In this document: piece by piece, positions 19,499 through 29,721 of the stretch
How the letters are laid out: every line of letters begins with the position of its first letter
Numbering within the stretch: position 1 is the first letter of the stretch
NCBI GenBank assembly: GCA_026988815.1
Contig: JALSKP010000139.1
Coordinates: 1,927-65,926 of the forward strand
From: Myxococcales bacterium
Lineage (GTDB): Bacteria; Myxococcota_A; Bradymonadia; Bradymonadales; Bradymonadaceae
DNA: 64,000 bases
Direction: 5' to 3'
Program-made: the position numbers and the translations under genes
The notes under the pieces: model-generated
Told to the model about the DNA's origin: nothing
The model's input: only the letters and a program-made list of their open reading frames with translations
Database searches by the model: none

Positions 19499-19999
19499 AT
19501 GGGTAGTTTTCTTATTCGCGATGCGCGAAGCAACGATATGGCGGCTCTACTAAATCTCATTCAAGAACTCGCCGATTTTGAAAAAGAACCTGACGCGGTT
19601 GAGCTAAATGTTGAGGATTTGCAACGAGATGGTTTCGGACAACATCCGAAATTCCATGCCTTCGTCGCTGAGGCGAACGATAACATCGTCGGCGCGGCGC
19701 TGGTTTATTCACGCTACTCGACCTGGAAAGGACCAATTTTACATCTCGAAGATTTGATCGTTTCAGAAAAAATGCGTTCCCGAGGCATCGGTGATTCGCT
19801 TCTCAATGCGGTTGTAAACTATGGCTATGCGCTTGGTGTGAAACGCATTAGCTGGGAAGTTTTGGATTGGAATCAATCCGCGATTGATTTTTACGAAAAA
19901 AAAGGCGCGCGTGTGATGCGCGATTGGGACCTTGTTCAACTGGATGAAAAAGGCATCGCGAACTTCATCAAAAACACAAAAAAGAATGATTCGGCGTAG
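19499..19999 (+). CDS. GNAT-family N-acetyltransferase (diamine/spermidine acetyltransferase-like)
   Basis: 166-aa ORF with the acetyl-CoA binding motif in VSEKMRSRGIGDSLLNAV and a C-terminal FYEKKGA. Confidence 0.85.
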   Translation: MGSFLIRDARSNDMAALLNLIQELADFEKEPDAVELNVEDLQRDGFGQHPKFHAFVAEANDNIVGAALVYSRYSTWKGPILHLEDLIVSEKMRSRGIGDSLLNAVVNYGYALGVKRISWEVLDWNQSAIDFYEKKGARVMRDWDLVQLDEKGIANFIKNTKKNDSA

Positions 20000-20033
20000 G
20001 TTGGGTTGACCGAGGAAAGTGAGGAAACCCAAC
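20000..20033. terminator. Intergenic hairpin between convergent genes (possible bidirectional terminator)
   Basis: GTTGGGTT (20000-20007) pairs with AACCCAAC (20026-20033), an 8-bp stem with an 18-nt loop. There is no clear U-tract on either strand, hence the low confidence. Confidence 0.3.
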
Positions 20034-20077
20034 GCATATCTCATCGACCAACAACATAGTAAATACACTTACTATAT

Positions 20078-20947
20078 TCAACGAATGGGAATCGAATAAT
20101 AAATAAGCGACTCAGGAGACGTGGGATCGTAGTCCTGCGCGTAGGTTTCCAAATCCGGCCCGTAAGTATGACGCAAGGATGTGGACATCAGCCAAGTTGA
20201 ATAAATATAACTCACCGTATCGTCGAGCATTCTCGGATCGCCACGATGAGAAAAACGCGCGTATTCACTGGCCTCGACCCCAATTCCCACCATCTCATTG
20301 GGAATATTTTTCAGGTCTTTAACCTGGGTGACCGCGAAATATTCGAGTTCTTCTCCGTCCCCAGGCAGCTGACGTATGACGCCGTAACACGCTATGCCGA
20401 TTCTACTTTTTACCTCATCGAGATGTGGAAGGAAGGCCTCCCAAAGGGAGGGCAATTTATCAGCAATATTGTTTTTTTCAGAATCAGAACCAAAAAAAGT
20501 TGTTCTTTTTCCCACCAAACTCATCGCTTCTTGTGTCACAATCTCGGGTTCCAGAGAAAGGTTTTTATTGATGTGTCGTAGATAGTCCGCGCTTAATTCT
20601 AGCTTTTTTAGAAAGAGCGATGATTCTCCAATTTTCCGGTAAGCATTGGGTGTTAAGCCAAAGGTTTTTTTAAAGGCTCGCGTAAATGCGGCCTGGGAAT
20701 CGTATCCAGCGGCTATTGATATTTCGATGATGCGCTCGTCTGTGACACGAAGTTTTTCTAGTGCATTGGCCAAGCGCCGAGATCGAATGTAGGTCTTCAA
20801 GGTTTCCTTTGATAGAGCCTTGAATACGCGTTGGAAGTGCCATTGGCTCATACCGGCCGCTTTTGCAACATCGACGAGTTGGATGTCTTGATCGAGACGT
20901 CCTTCAATGAAGTCGACCGCTATTTGAACTTTTTTTAAGTAAAACAT
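20078..20947 (-). CDS. AraC-family transcriptional regulator with GyrI-like effector-binding domain
   Basis: 289-aa ORF. The N-terminal double HTH is visible (MSQWHFQRVFK..., AAGYDSQAAFTRAFKKTFGLTPNAYRK). The C-terminal roughly 150 aa is GyrI/SOUL-like. Confidence 0.9.
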   Translation of the reverse strand: MFYLKKVQIAVDFIEGRLDQDIQLVDVAKAAGMSQWHFQRVFKALSKETLKTYIRSRRLANALEKLRVTDERIIEISIAAGYDSQAAFTRAFKKTFGLTPNAYRKIGESSLFLKKLELSADYLRHINKNLSLEPEIVTQEAMSLVGKRTTFFGSDSEKNNIADKLPSLWEAFLPHLDEVKSRIGIACYGVIRQLPGDGEELEYFAVTQVKDLKNIPNEMVGIGVEASEYARFSHRGDPRMLDDTVSYIYSTWLMSTSLRHTYGPDLETYAQDYDPTSPESLIYYSIPIR

Positions 20948-20958
20948 GTTACTATTTT

Positions 20959-21315
20959 CTACGGGTTTTCAAAAAATCCAGTCATCGAAATCAGCTTACC
21001 TTCCTTATCATATTTCCCGTAGCTCATTCCCTCTCCTATGATTTGTTCCTTTCCATCTTTCATATGCCAGCGTGCAATACTTTGATTGTTATGTGCAAGG
21101 AAGTAGTGGGTTTCAAAATGTCCACCGGGAACTTGTTCATGAAAAGAGGTCATATAGTTTACCAATTCCTCCCAGCCCTTCGTGGTCGCTAGTGGATCGT
21201 TATAGACACAGGTCGGTGATAGGCAAGTTTGGAAGATGGCCCGTTTTTCGTCGGCCGACTCTGCTTTCCAAGATGAATTGTAGGTTTCCCACGTTGATTT
21301 AAATGCGTTTGTCAT
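20959..21315 (-). CDS. SnoaL/NTF2-like small protein
   Basis: 118-aa ORF whose size and pattern (TWETYNSSWKA...CLSPTCVYNDP...) are typical of NTF2-fold proteins. It lies 11 nt upstream of the AraC gene on the same strand. Confidence 0.6.
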   Translation of the reverse strand: MTNAFKSTWETYNSSWKAESADEKRAIFQTCLSPTCVYNDPLATTKGWEELVNYMTSFHEQVPGGHFETHYFLAHNNQSIARWHMKDGKEQIIGEGMSYGKYDKEGKLISMTGFFENP

Positions 21316-21419
21316 TTTCTGCTCCGTTATTGGTTGGGTCGTTTATAAGGGAGCGGCGATTTTCACTTTTGATATTTTGTGCTTTTGTTTTTTGTTGGGT
21401 TTTCGTTGCTTTGTCCAAC

Positions 21420-22718
21420 CTATTCAAGTTTTTTGTAAATGAGTTGAAGTGTTTCGGGGGCGCTTTGTTGAATATGAATCGATGCTGCGATGCGCTCCTG
21501 GCAGGGCGTAAGGGTTGCCACATCGTTGTAGAGAATCTCAAAAAGCGTGTCGCCTTTTTTGACTTTTTGCCCGTGTTCAACAAAACAGTAGAGGCCTACC
21601 GCGGGATCAATTTCATCTTCTTTTGTACGTCGACCTGCGCCGAGTTCAAGCGCTGCGAATCCTAGATTGGCAACATTTGGAAAACGAATAAAGCCATCGG
21701 ATTGGGCTTTATAGAAAGTGCGATGTTGGGGTTGTGGCAAAAGAGAAGGATCGTCAATGGTGGCCACATCGCCGCCTTGGGCCTCTACAATATCTCGGAA
21801 AATTTTAAGAGCGCTTCCGTCTCGCAATTTCGCGCGGAGCATCGCGTCAGTATTCTCGTCGGCAAGTCCGGTGAGATCGAGCATTTCGTGCACAAGGGCA
21901 ACGCTAATATCTTCAACGTCTTTTGGTCCTTCGCCTCTCAAGGTGTCGATGGATTCTTTCACCTCAATCGCGTTACCAATCGCCTGTCCTAAAGGCTGAT
22001 TCATATCGGTCATCAAGGCTCGGGTTGGTGTTCCCATCTCGTTCCCAATATCGATCATCGTTCGGGCCAGCAGTTCTGCATCCTCAAATGTTTTCATGAA
22101 GGCCCCGCTTCCAACTTTCACATCGAGTACAAGCGAATCAATGCCTTCTGCTAATTTCTTGCTCATGATCGAGCTAGCAATAAGAGGAATGCATTCAACG
22201 GTTCCCGTCACATCGCGAAGGGCATATAATTTTTTATCGGCGGGCGCGATTTGTCCCGTTTGACCGATCAAGGTACAGCCAAGTTTTAACAATTGTTTAC
22301 GGTAAGCCTCGATAGAAAGATTAACATTGAACCCGGGAATGGATTCCAGTTTATCTAAAGTACCTCCGGTATGCCCTAATCCACGACCCGATATCATAGG
22401 CACTTTTAAACCCGCCGCTACGGCCAAAGGAGCTAAGATTAAAGAGACCTTATCCCCGATTCCACCCGTGGAATGTTTGTCCACTTTATGGCCCGGAATA
22501 TCGGAGAGATCAAGAACTTCGCCGGAATGCAACATACGATGCGTCCAAACGCCGAGTTCTTTTTTACTCATCCCTTTAAAAAACACTGCCATGAGAAAGG
22601 CAGAGACTTGATAATCGGGGATTGACCCTTCCGTATAACCATCGATAAAATACGATAGTTCATCGGCTGAAAGTTCTTCACCAGATCGCTTTTTTCTAAT
22701 TATTTCAACTACATTCAT
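21420..22718 (-). CDS. deoA: Thymidine/pyrimidine-nucleoside phosphorylase
   Basis: 432-aa ORF with characteristic motifs: DKHSTGGIGDK, GRGLGHTGGTLDKLE, and the C-terminal PYNP domain. Confidence 0.9.
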   Translation of the reverse strand: MNVVEIIRKKRSGEELSADELSYFIDGYTEGSIPDYQVSAFLMAVFFKGMSKKELGVWTHRMLHSGEVLDLSDIPGHKVDKHSTGGIGDKVSLILAPLAVAAGLKVPMISGRGLGHTGGTLDKLESIPGFNVNLSIEAYRKQLLKLGCTLIGQTGQIAPADKKLYALRDVTGTVECIPLIASSIMSKKLAEGIDSLVLDVKVGSGAFMKTFEDAELLARTMIDIGNEMGTPTRALMTDMNQPLGQAIGNAIEVKESIDTLRGEGPKDVEDISVALVHEMLDLTGLADENTDAMLRAKLRDGSALKIFRDIVEAQGGDVATIDDPSLLPQPQHRTFYKAQSDGFIRFPNVANLGFAALELGAGRRTKEDEIDPAVGLYCFVEHGQKVKKGDTLFEILYNDVATLTPCQERIAASIHIQQSAPETLQLIYKKLE

Positions 22719-22873
22719 TCGTAAAACCTACGCCTGAGATGATCGAAGAGCAACCGTAAAATGGAAAGGCGGAAAGGATTTTTTTAAAAGAGGAGAAATA
22801 ATTACAGTGGATTAATCGAATAACTTCGTTAGGCTTTCGTATAAATTTTGTGATTCTATTTACCTGAGGCCCT

Positions 22874-23581
22874 ATGTTTCGTTTTCATACTGTATTACTC
22901 GTCGGCATTTTTAGTTGCTATTCACTTGTCGCGTCTGCTCAGACTACCAAAACGCCTCCCAAAACGTCCTCCTTTCGAGAAAGGCCAGCGCCCAGAACGG
23001 AAACGAAAACGTCAGACAGTACGACCAAAACCGAAAAAGGTCGTGTTAGTTTTGGCCTAAACTGGATTTTCAATTTCTCCGCAAATACAAATGAACTTGA
23101 TGATGGATCGGACGCGACCGATGATACCTCCTTTCTTCGTTTGGAACCTCAATTTGAATTCTATGTCACCCCTGAAGTTCCAATTACTCTCAGTGCGGGG
23201 TGGTTAAGACGTTCTTTGAACCGTGTGGATGACCAAACTGCGGCATCAAATGAGCTCCTTCTGCTCCTCGGAACGGGCTACCATCTTCCCGTAAATCAGC
23301 TCTTTACCCTTATCGGTTCAGCGGCAATTGGTGGATATTTCGGCTCTAGTAGTCGTCTAATCACGATCCAAAATACCCTGCGTGATGAAAAGACCGATAC
23401 TGTAGGTTTTGGCGGAAATGCAACCCTTGGCGCGGGTCTAAATTTTAGTGACCACGGTCAATTCCGTGCCGGTGTGACCTACACCGGTCTGGTAGGATCT
23501 GAATCAGTTGCCGACGGAAAATCATTCTCCGTTGTCACCCATAACGTCGCATTAAACGTGGGTCTTTTCTACAACTTCTGA
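22874..23581 (+). CDS. Putative outer-membrane beta-barrel protein
   Basis: 235-aa ORF with a signal peptide (ends ASAQT), alternating amphipathic beta-strand pattern, and a C-terminal aromatic residue (LFYNF). Confidence 0.55.
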   Translation: MFRFHTVLLVGIFSCYSLVASAQTTKTPPKTSSFRERPAPRTETKTSDSTTKTEKGRVSFGLNWIFNFSANTNELDDGSDATDDTSFLRLEPQFEFYVTPEVPITLSAGWLRRSLNRVDDQTAASNELLLLLGTGYHLPVNQLFTLIGSAAIGGYFGSSSRLITIQNTLRDEKTDTVGFGGNATLGAGLNFSDHGQFRAGVTYTGLVGSESVADGKSFSVVTHNVALNVGLFYNF

Positions 23582-24421
23582 CTTTTCATCGGGATGAAAA
23601 ACTGCAAGACGCATGCGCCAATCCACTCCAATAATCTCGCCTGGCTCCATCGCGCGCCACACATTATCACCGTCTAAGACTTCGCTGGCAAAAATCAGAT
23701 GGGAAATAAACCCTGTTTGAGAAGGGGAGATGCATTCGGGAGCAAAATTCGGGCAGGTATTCTTTTCGCTACATTTGGACTTATAAGTGCTCACCATAAG
23801 TTCTTTTCCTCCCTGGTGGGCGGCCATCGTTTGACCGTTCGTGATGATAAAGGTCAAGAATAATTTGTTCTCATCAAAGCAGGATTCGCCAATGAGCTCT
23901 TCAATTTCCTTCACCGTTTGACGGATGGCAACCTTTAAATCGTCTAAAGGAAAACCTTTTCGGTGGAGGTCAAAAAGACGGGACATATTTGAAAGCAAAA
24001 GATAAAAGAAAACCTCGCTATCGGTTTCGCCAAGGATATATCGTCTTAAAACTGGCGGAATTTTGGCCTCAATCTGAGCGCGGTGTTCATCGAAGTCGGG
24101 AATGTTTCCGTTATGTGCAAAGATCCATTTTCCGTATTGAAAAGGATGGGAGTTGATAATCGATTTTGTACCGTTCGTGGCGAGTCGAATGTGGGCGACA
24201 ACCGTATTGGAGGCGACCACTCCTGAGACGTGTTTGAAAAGGCGATCGGCAAAAGCACCTTCGGCACTTTTGACGACGTGGGGCACGTCGGCGACATAGT
24301 AGGCAACGCCCCATCCGTGGGGATTCGACTGACTTTGTTGAATGAGTGCATTATCTGCGCTCACCAAGGATTGGTGGACTTGACTCGGAATCACACTTCT
24401 AAAACCAAATAATCTACACAT
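23552..24421 (-). CDS. Class II (Ntn) glutamine amidotransferase, YafJ-like
   Basis: The ORF is open to 24499. The ATG at 24421 gives the obligatory Met-Cys N-terminus (MCRLFGFRS), where Cys is the Ntn nucleophile. Its 3' end overlaps the convergent 22874..23581 gene by 30 nt. Confidence 0.85.
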   Translation of the reverse strand: MCRLFGFRSVIPSQVHQSLVSADNALIQQSQSNPHGWGVAYYVADVPHVVKSAEGAFADRLFKHVSGVVASNTVVAHIRLATNGTKSIINSHPFQYGKWIFAHNGNIPDFDEHRAQIEAKIPPVLRRYILGETDSEVFFYLLLSNMSRLFDLHRKGFPLDDLKVAIRQTVKEIEELIGESCFDENKLFLTFIITNGQTMAAHQGGKELMVSTYKSKCSEKNTCPNFAPECISPSQTGFISHLIFASEVLDGDNVWRAMEPGEIIGVDWRMRLAVFHPDEKSEVVEKTHV

Positions 24422-24562
24422 TGAACACTCCTGGTAGAAATTGATTCTTTCATAGTCTTGAACGAATCGAAAAGGTGATTTACCTAATTTAATGATCAAT
24501 TTACTTTGACCAATACAAGATTACCTTTAGCATGTTCTTAAACTCTTTTTGAACGGTTAAAT

Positions 24563-27202
24563 TTGAATTCGGATCCGGAATCATTGGGCATTGATTGGAC
24601 GAAAAAGGAAACGCTTTACTTCGTCGGTGAGTGCTATGATCGTGATGCGAATTTGCGTGTCCTTCTGGGATATAGCACTCATGTCCTTGATAATGCGATA
24701 ATCTTAATATTGGGTAAAACGATCTTTCAACCCTATATGAGTCGTGGGTGGGATCTAGAAGATAGCGATTTAAAATCCATTCGAATTCAAAGAAACGATA
24801 TGCCAAGTTCGGCGGGAATCTGGGAAGGGAAGGTTTTCTCTCCCTTCTTTAACACGCTTGGGTTGGACATTCCTGATGAAGTGGCACTCATCCCGATCCC
24901 GATTGGAAAACGACTTTCGATCTTGATCTTGGGAGAACCCATTGATGGAAGGTCTCTTGCCGATCTGCGTGCCTTAGCCAAGGGTGTAGGGAAACAGTTA
25001 GAAAAACTCATCGTTCTTACGAAATCCGGAGAACTACCGGCACCCGAGGATCGGATTCCAGCGACGCCCCGTAAACGCGTAAGTTCGGAGGTGTCCAATG
25101 AATCTCTTGAGGCTCACGTCTTAGAGGCAACCTCAGAAGTAGAGGAAGTTCTCAGTCCTGGTGCATCTTCGGACAATTTCTTAGATGCTTCAGAAGCTGA
25201 AACATCTTTTACCGAATCTGAAAAATCCCACCCACGACTCAATAAAAAAGAAGTGGAAGAATATGTCATTCGCCAGACCTTGACCTTAGAAAGCGAAGTG
25301 GGCTTAATCGCTCCGAATCTGGACGAGGACCTAGAAAAATCTCCTTTTCGAAAAGCATCCGAAGAAATGTCTGAAGAGGAAGGAGAATCATCAAAAACAT
25401 CCTTTGGTCTTCCACTCCTTGATATGTCAACGCAGATTGAGATTGACCCTTCTGAGGTCATACACTCTGCTGAGTCGACGTCCTTTGGCTTACCTCTTCT
25501 GATGCAAAGTTCGGAAATGCATGATGAGCCCTCGACCCTGAATGGGGATATCGACTCCGATCCTACCCGTGCAACGCTCTCTCAAATCGATAAAAGCTCC
25601 CACGATGAACAAAGAGTCCCGACGATGGTCTCCGAGATCATCGACGCCACCAAAATCGATCTGACCGCAATTCCGGCTGATGCTACGGAAACGCAGACCG
25701 AATCTATGCTTGTTAAACCCTATGAAAAAGGATTCTCGCGAGATGAACACACCTCCGGCGTATCGATAATGATCCCGAAGCAAATCGGCGAGGAAAACGT
25801 CTCCAATGCGACCCTTATGGGGGGAATTGGTGTTGCGGCCGATTTGGTCGAAAAAAGTCTTCGTGAAACGGTCGCCAATCCAGCCATCAGAAGTGGAGAT
25901 TTCAAGCGTAATATTCCTGGAGCAGCCATATTTCGCGCTCGAAAAAAATCGGGCAAAGTTGGCGATTTCATTCCGAGATCGACCAAGCAAAGCCCGGCTC
26001 TACCTCATGAAGAGGCGACAAAGGTCCATACGCAGAAGTTCGAAAACGTTAAGGAATCCGCGAATGAAAATCCCACTCGCGAAACGCAAAGGGTCATACC
26101 CAGCGCGTCCAAGCCGCTTCCTCATCGAGAAGAAGAGAAGGCCAAGACGGAATCAGAAGGTCTTCAAACCGATACCAATCCTAACATCCCGCCGAAAATC
26201 CAAAGAGAAATGAAGGTTTTGGCACAAGAAAAAGCGCAACAGGACGATTGGAATCTCAAGGCTGATCCCCTCGATCCATCCATGTTTGACGGCCTTTCCG
26301 ATCCAAGCCAACTCAGCATAGAAGCTCAATCCATTATTTTGGAGTCGGGGCCAAGTGTCTTGGAAAATCAAGAATATTTTCTGATGATCGACAGTCGCAA
26401 TAAAAAGGTGGCGTTCAATGCCGCCCAAAAAATTGCCGAAATCGGTGAACCCGCATTGCCTTTTTTGACCTCTATTTTTCCGGGTCGTATTTTTATAGAC
26501 CGTTATCAATATACCGCAGAAACGCTACCAAATGCGGCCTTGCATACACCGGTTCTAGAGTGTCTTACTCAAATTGGGCAGTCGGCGATGGGCGTTCCAT
26601 TCGAATATCTAGAAGATAAAAGCACAGAAACACGTTTTTATGCCATTTTCGCTCTTTTGAATTTCGATTGTGGAGACCGCCTCGGCGAAATCTACGAACG
26701 CTTTTTTGACAAAGATCCACAGATTCAACAGGTCGCAAAATTCGTCCTGCGAAAAAGCAAAGGCAATAAAGGTTTCGTCAACGTCATTGATCGCTTACGC
26801 AACGAGATCCAGTTTTCAGCCAAAGATCACCGATTAGAAATCGCCTGTCAGTTGTTGTCAGCCATAAAAGATCGACAGTCCGTGGAGCTACTCATTAATC
26901 TCCTTGAAGAACGAAGCGGACATACAAAAACGACCATTCATCGTTCCCTGCAAAATCTCACTTTAAAAGATCTCTCCTCACCTTATGAATGGCGACAATG
27001 GTGGAAAGAGGCCCACGAAGAACCACGGTCCACTTGGCTCGTTGCCGCACTTGATAGCAATGACGAAATGATTCGTAAATCTGCCTACGACGAGATCCAG
27101 CATATACCGGGTTTAACGCTTAACTATCATGCCTTGCAGCCCTCAAAACTTCGAAGAAGAGCCCAACGCGAATTGCGTTCCTGGTTCGATACCCATCCCT
27201 AA
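24563..27202 (+). CDS. Large hypothetical protein: N-terminal globular domain, long acidic Ser/Glu-rich linker, C-terminal HEAT-like repeats
   Basis: 879-aa ORF with a TTG start. The first in-frame ATG is 58 codons in, so the start is uncertain. The C-terminal roughly 300 aa shows HEAT/PBS-lyase-like helical repeats (IAEIGEPALPFL..., DKDPQIQQVAKFVL, SNDEMIRKSAYDEIQHI). Confidence 0.7.
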   Translation: MNSDPESLGIDWTKKETLYFVGECYDRDANLRVLLGYSTHVLDNAIILILGKTIFQPYMSRGWDLEDSDLKSIRIQRNDMPSSAGIWEGKVFSPFFNTLGLDIPDEVALIPIPIGKRLSILILGEPIDGRSLADLRALAKGVGKQLEKLIVLTKSGELPAPEDRIPATPRKRVSSEVSNESLEAHVLEATSEVEEVLSPGASSDNFLDASEAETSFTESEKSHPRLNKKEVEEYVIRQTLTLESEVGLIAPNLDEDLEKSPFRKASEEMSEEEGESSKTSFGLPLLDMSTQIEIDPSEVIHSAESTSFGLPLLMQSSEMHDEPSTLNGDIDSDPTRATLSQIDKSSHDEQRVPTMVSEIIDATKIDLTAIPADATETQTESMLVKPYEKGFSRDEHTSGVSIMIPKQIGEENVSNATLMGGIGVAADLVEKSLRETVANPAIRSGDFKRNIPGAAIFRARKKSGKVGDFIPRSTKQSPALPHEEATKVHTQKFENVKESANENPTRETQRVIPSASKPLPHREEEKAKTESEGLQTDTNPNIPPKIQREMKVLAQEKAQQDDWNLKADPLDPSMFDGLSDPSQLSIEAQSIILESGPSVLENQEYFLMIDSRNKKVAFNAAQKIAEIGEPALPFLTSIFPGRIFIDRYQYTAETLPNAALHTPVLECLTQIGQSAMGVPFEYLEDKSTETRFYAIFALLNFDCGDRLGEIYERFFDKDPQIQQVAKFVLRKSKGNKGFVNVIDRLRNEIQFSAKDHRLEIACQLLSAIKDRQSVELLINLLEERSGHTKTTIHRSLQNLTLKDLSSPYEWRQWWKEAHEEPRSTWLVAALDSNDEMIRKSAYDEIQHIPGLTLNYHALQPSKLRRRAQRELRSWFDTHP

Positions 27203-27203
27203 A

Positions 27204-29099
27204 TTATTCAGCTGCCGCCTCAACTTGAGTAGATAACTGGGACAAAAGCCGTGCCCCAGTCGTTTGGATTAGATCCAATTCGTAACGACATCTTGGTTCG
27301 GCCCTTTCGATGTATTTATCAAAATGCTCCATGCGATCCTCATGCTTTAATCCCTGCTCGTAGAAAATTTCGCAAACCGCCTCATCAATGAGGATCTTTA
27401 TTAAATGCTCTGCGTGTAACATGGCCGGCGCAAAATCTTTCTTGGGATCCCAGGATTGACCCGTTAGATTCTCAAGCCACGATGTGATGGGCAATTGGCG
27501 AAAATTCTTGAATTTGTCGATGGCCGTCTTTTGGATCAAATGCTGTTGAGCTTGAAGAGAATAGAGATGAATTTTGGCCATCGCTTTTTCTCTTGGATCC
27601 CTCAATGAGAGCGCTCGAAACCGAGCCTGGGCTAATTTTTTAACAAAGAGTTGTGGATTTTTGAAAATTCGTCCCAAGGTATCTTTCATTGCCATCAGGG
27701 CTTGAATTTGACTCGTCCCCTCATAAATCGGCATCACCATCGCGTCTCTCAATAATTTTTCCACGCCATATTCTGTCGTAAATCCTGATCCTCCGTGAAT
27801 TTGAATCGCTCGCCTTGCAATTTCAACCGATTTTTCGGCTGCGAAATATTTCAACAAAGGCGTTAAACGACGAGATGTTCTAGCGTATTTTTTAACGTCC
27901 GCCTCAATAGCTTCTTTTCTCTTTTGGTCGATCGCGTTGTGTTTTTTCAGATAAATTTTTGACCGATAAGAACGCTCTTCAGCGTAGGCGGCGTGCATCG
28001 ATAAAGCGCGCATTGCACGTACATCGGTTTCCATCTCGTCGATGTAGTCGGCAATCATTTCGTGCTTATCGATGCTTTTACCAAAGGTACGTCGCTCATC
28101 TGCGTAACGTTTGGTTTTCCTTAGTGCCGATTCACAAATACCCAGACACTCAAAACCTACGCTGATTCTCGCGTTATTCATTAGTAGAAGCATTTGTCGA
28201 AACCCTTCTCCAACCTTACCAATGAGTTGAGCTGGTGTTTTGGAGTAGGTAATCGAGCAGGTCGCCGAAATGTGATGACCCAATTTTTCTTCCAAACGAT
28301 CCACACTTGCAAAGATGGTCCGATTTCCCTTCTCGTCTTCCTCAAAGGCTTTCACAAGAAAAAGAGAAAGTGCATCTAAAGAATTTCGATCATCGGTTTT
28401 GGCAATCACGACATGGTATTTCCCGTGACCGGAGGTAATAAAAATTTTCTGCCCACTAACCAGCCAATTTCCTTCTTCGTCTTGCTCGGCTTTTGTTCGC
28501 AGGTTCGCCATATCTGATCCTGCATCAGGTTCGGTAATATCCATCGAGCCCCAGGCCTTTCCTTTGAGAATTTCCTCGATCTCTTCCTGGAATCGTAGTG
28601 ACTTCAACATCCCTTTTTCGTTTGTTTCAAACGCGCCTTCCTCGTAGGCATACACCACCAAGGCCATCGCAATCCCTGCATGAAACCCAATATGTGAAGA
28701 AAGGGCTACGTCAGAACGTGAAAAAAGCTCGGTCGCCATCATATAGGTAATCAACGCCGAATTCATTCCTCCAAATTCCCTTGGCAACGCGAGTCCATGA
28801 AGACCCAAGTCTGCAATCTGTTGCAAAATATCGTTAAAACGTTGGGGCGATTGTACGATGCCATCCACCAAATGAGGATGCATTTTATCGAGGTCGGCAA
28901 CATAAGGATCGATCTCATCTGCTGAGAATTTCCCAACCAAATCGAGGACGTCTTCGTAAAAACTAACCGTCTCATCGGAATTTTCAAATCCATCTTCTTG
29001 GGTAAAATCGTCTTCAATAAGTTGGGTCAAAGGCGCCCAGTCGATTTCACGTTCAACATAAAATCTGAGATCTTCGTTCTCTGTGTAAAAATTTGCCAT
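27204..29099 (-). CDS. Long-form acyl-CoA dehydrogenase
   Basis: 631-aa ORF with ACAD motifs (ITEPDAGSD, IFITSG, QIHGGSGFTTEYGVEKLLRDA) plus N- and C-terminal extensions. It lies downstream of the TetR gene. Confidence 0.9.
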   Translation of the reverse strand: MANFYTENEDLRFYVEREIDWAPLTQLIEDDFTQEDGFENSDETVSFYEDVLDLVGKFSADEIDPYVADLDKMHPHLVDGIVQSPQRFNDILQQIADLGLHGLALPREFGGMNSALITYMMATELFSRSDVALSSHIGFHAGIAMALVVYAYEEGAFETNEKGMLKSLRFQEEIEEILKGKAWGSMDITEPDAGSDMANLRTKAEQDEEGNWLVSGQKIFITSGHGKYHVVIAKTDDRNSLDALSLFLVKAFEEDEKGNRTIFASVDRLEEKLGHHISATCSITYSKTPAQLIGKVGEGFRQMLLLMNNARISVGFECLGICESALRKTKRYADERRTFGKSIDKHEMIADYIDEMETDVRAMRALSMHAAYAEERSYRSKIYLKKHNAIDQKRKEAIEADVKKYARTSRRLTPLLKYFAAEKSVEIARRAIQIHGGSGFTTEYGVEKLLRDAMVMPIYEGTSQIQALMAMKDTLGRIFKNPQLFVKKLAQARFRALSLRDPREKAMAKIHLYSLQAQQHLIQKTAIDKFKNFRQLPITSWLENLTGQSWDPKKDFAPAMLHAEHLIKILIDEAVCEIFYEQGLKHEDRMEHFDKYIERAEPRCRYELDLIQTTGARLLSQLSTQVEAAAE

Positions 29100-29112
29100 T
29101 TTTCTTCCTTAT

Positions 29113-29721
29113 TTACTTCGTTTGAAGCTCTTGTGTTCGGTGTTGATCAATGAAAAGACTTGAGCGCGCGATTCTAACAATTTCATTCATATGCAAATCG
29201 ATCGAGGATGCACCCAGGGAATCAGCGGTCGCAATTCCACCAACCACCATTTGAATAACATGGAGAACGTAGGCGCGAGGCTGGACATCAGCACGCACTT
29301 CACCGCGTTCCACCCCCTTTTGAATATAATCTGAAAGAATGGAGATATAGGGCCCCAAATAGTCATCCATTCGTTTTCTTAAATGGGCGGGCCGATCGAG
29401 CATTTCTCTTAAAATAAGCCTAGCCCGATTAGGGTCTCGAACGAAAAATCGCACCACCTCGCCGACCAAACCATCAAAACGATCTTCACCAGAGGTCGCC
29501 AACTTCAAAATACGCGGCAACTCATCGTTCCAATGCTCAAAGACACGGTTTAAGACCGCGCTTCGTAATTTTTCTTTTGAACGATAATGATAAAGAAGCG
29601 AAGGTTTTTTAATGCCCACCTCTGTTGCGATGGCGCTTAAACTCGTCCCATTATAACCCGTGGTGGCAAAACGTTTGGTTGCAACATCTAACAGGCGCTC
29701 GGAGATATTCTGTTCTTTCAT
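29113..29721 (-). CDS. TetR/AcrR-family transcriptional regulator
   Basis: The ORF is open to a TTG at 29733. The ATG at 29721 is preceded by AAGG (read on the minus strand: GAAAGGTAGTATG). The N-terminal HTH is seen in FATTGYNGTSLSAIATEVGIKKPSLLYHYRSKEKL. Confidence 0.9.
   Translation of the reverse strand: MKEQNISERLLDVATKRFATTGYNGTSLSAIATEVGIKKPSLLYHYRSKEKLRSAVLNRVFEHWNDELPRILKLATSGEDRFDGLVGEVVRFFVRDPNRARLILREMLDRPAHLRKRMDDYLGPYISILSDYIQKGVERGEVRADVQPRAYVLHVIQMVVGGIATADSLGASSIDLHMNEIVRIARSSLFIDQHRTQELQTK

Noticed and set aside
23552-23581. 30-nt convergent 3' overlap between the beta-barrel gene and the amidotransferase gene, and similar 4-nt convergent overlaps at 34355-34358.
   Set aside because: These are consistent with the generally compact genome. 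There is no evidence of regulatory significance.
24501-24806. 101-aa minus-strand ORF spanning the amidotransferase/HEAT-protein intergenic region.
   Set aside because: It overlaps the 5' end of the 24563 gene in antisense, has odd composition (H/Y/P-rich) and no RBS. The amidotransferase is better explained by the Met-Cys start at 24421.
25490-26213. ORFs of 166, 88 and 135 aa overlapping the acidic linker of the 879-aa gene.
   Set aside because: These are shadow frames of low-complexity GA-rich coding DNA with Arg/Ser-rich translations.
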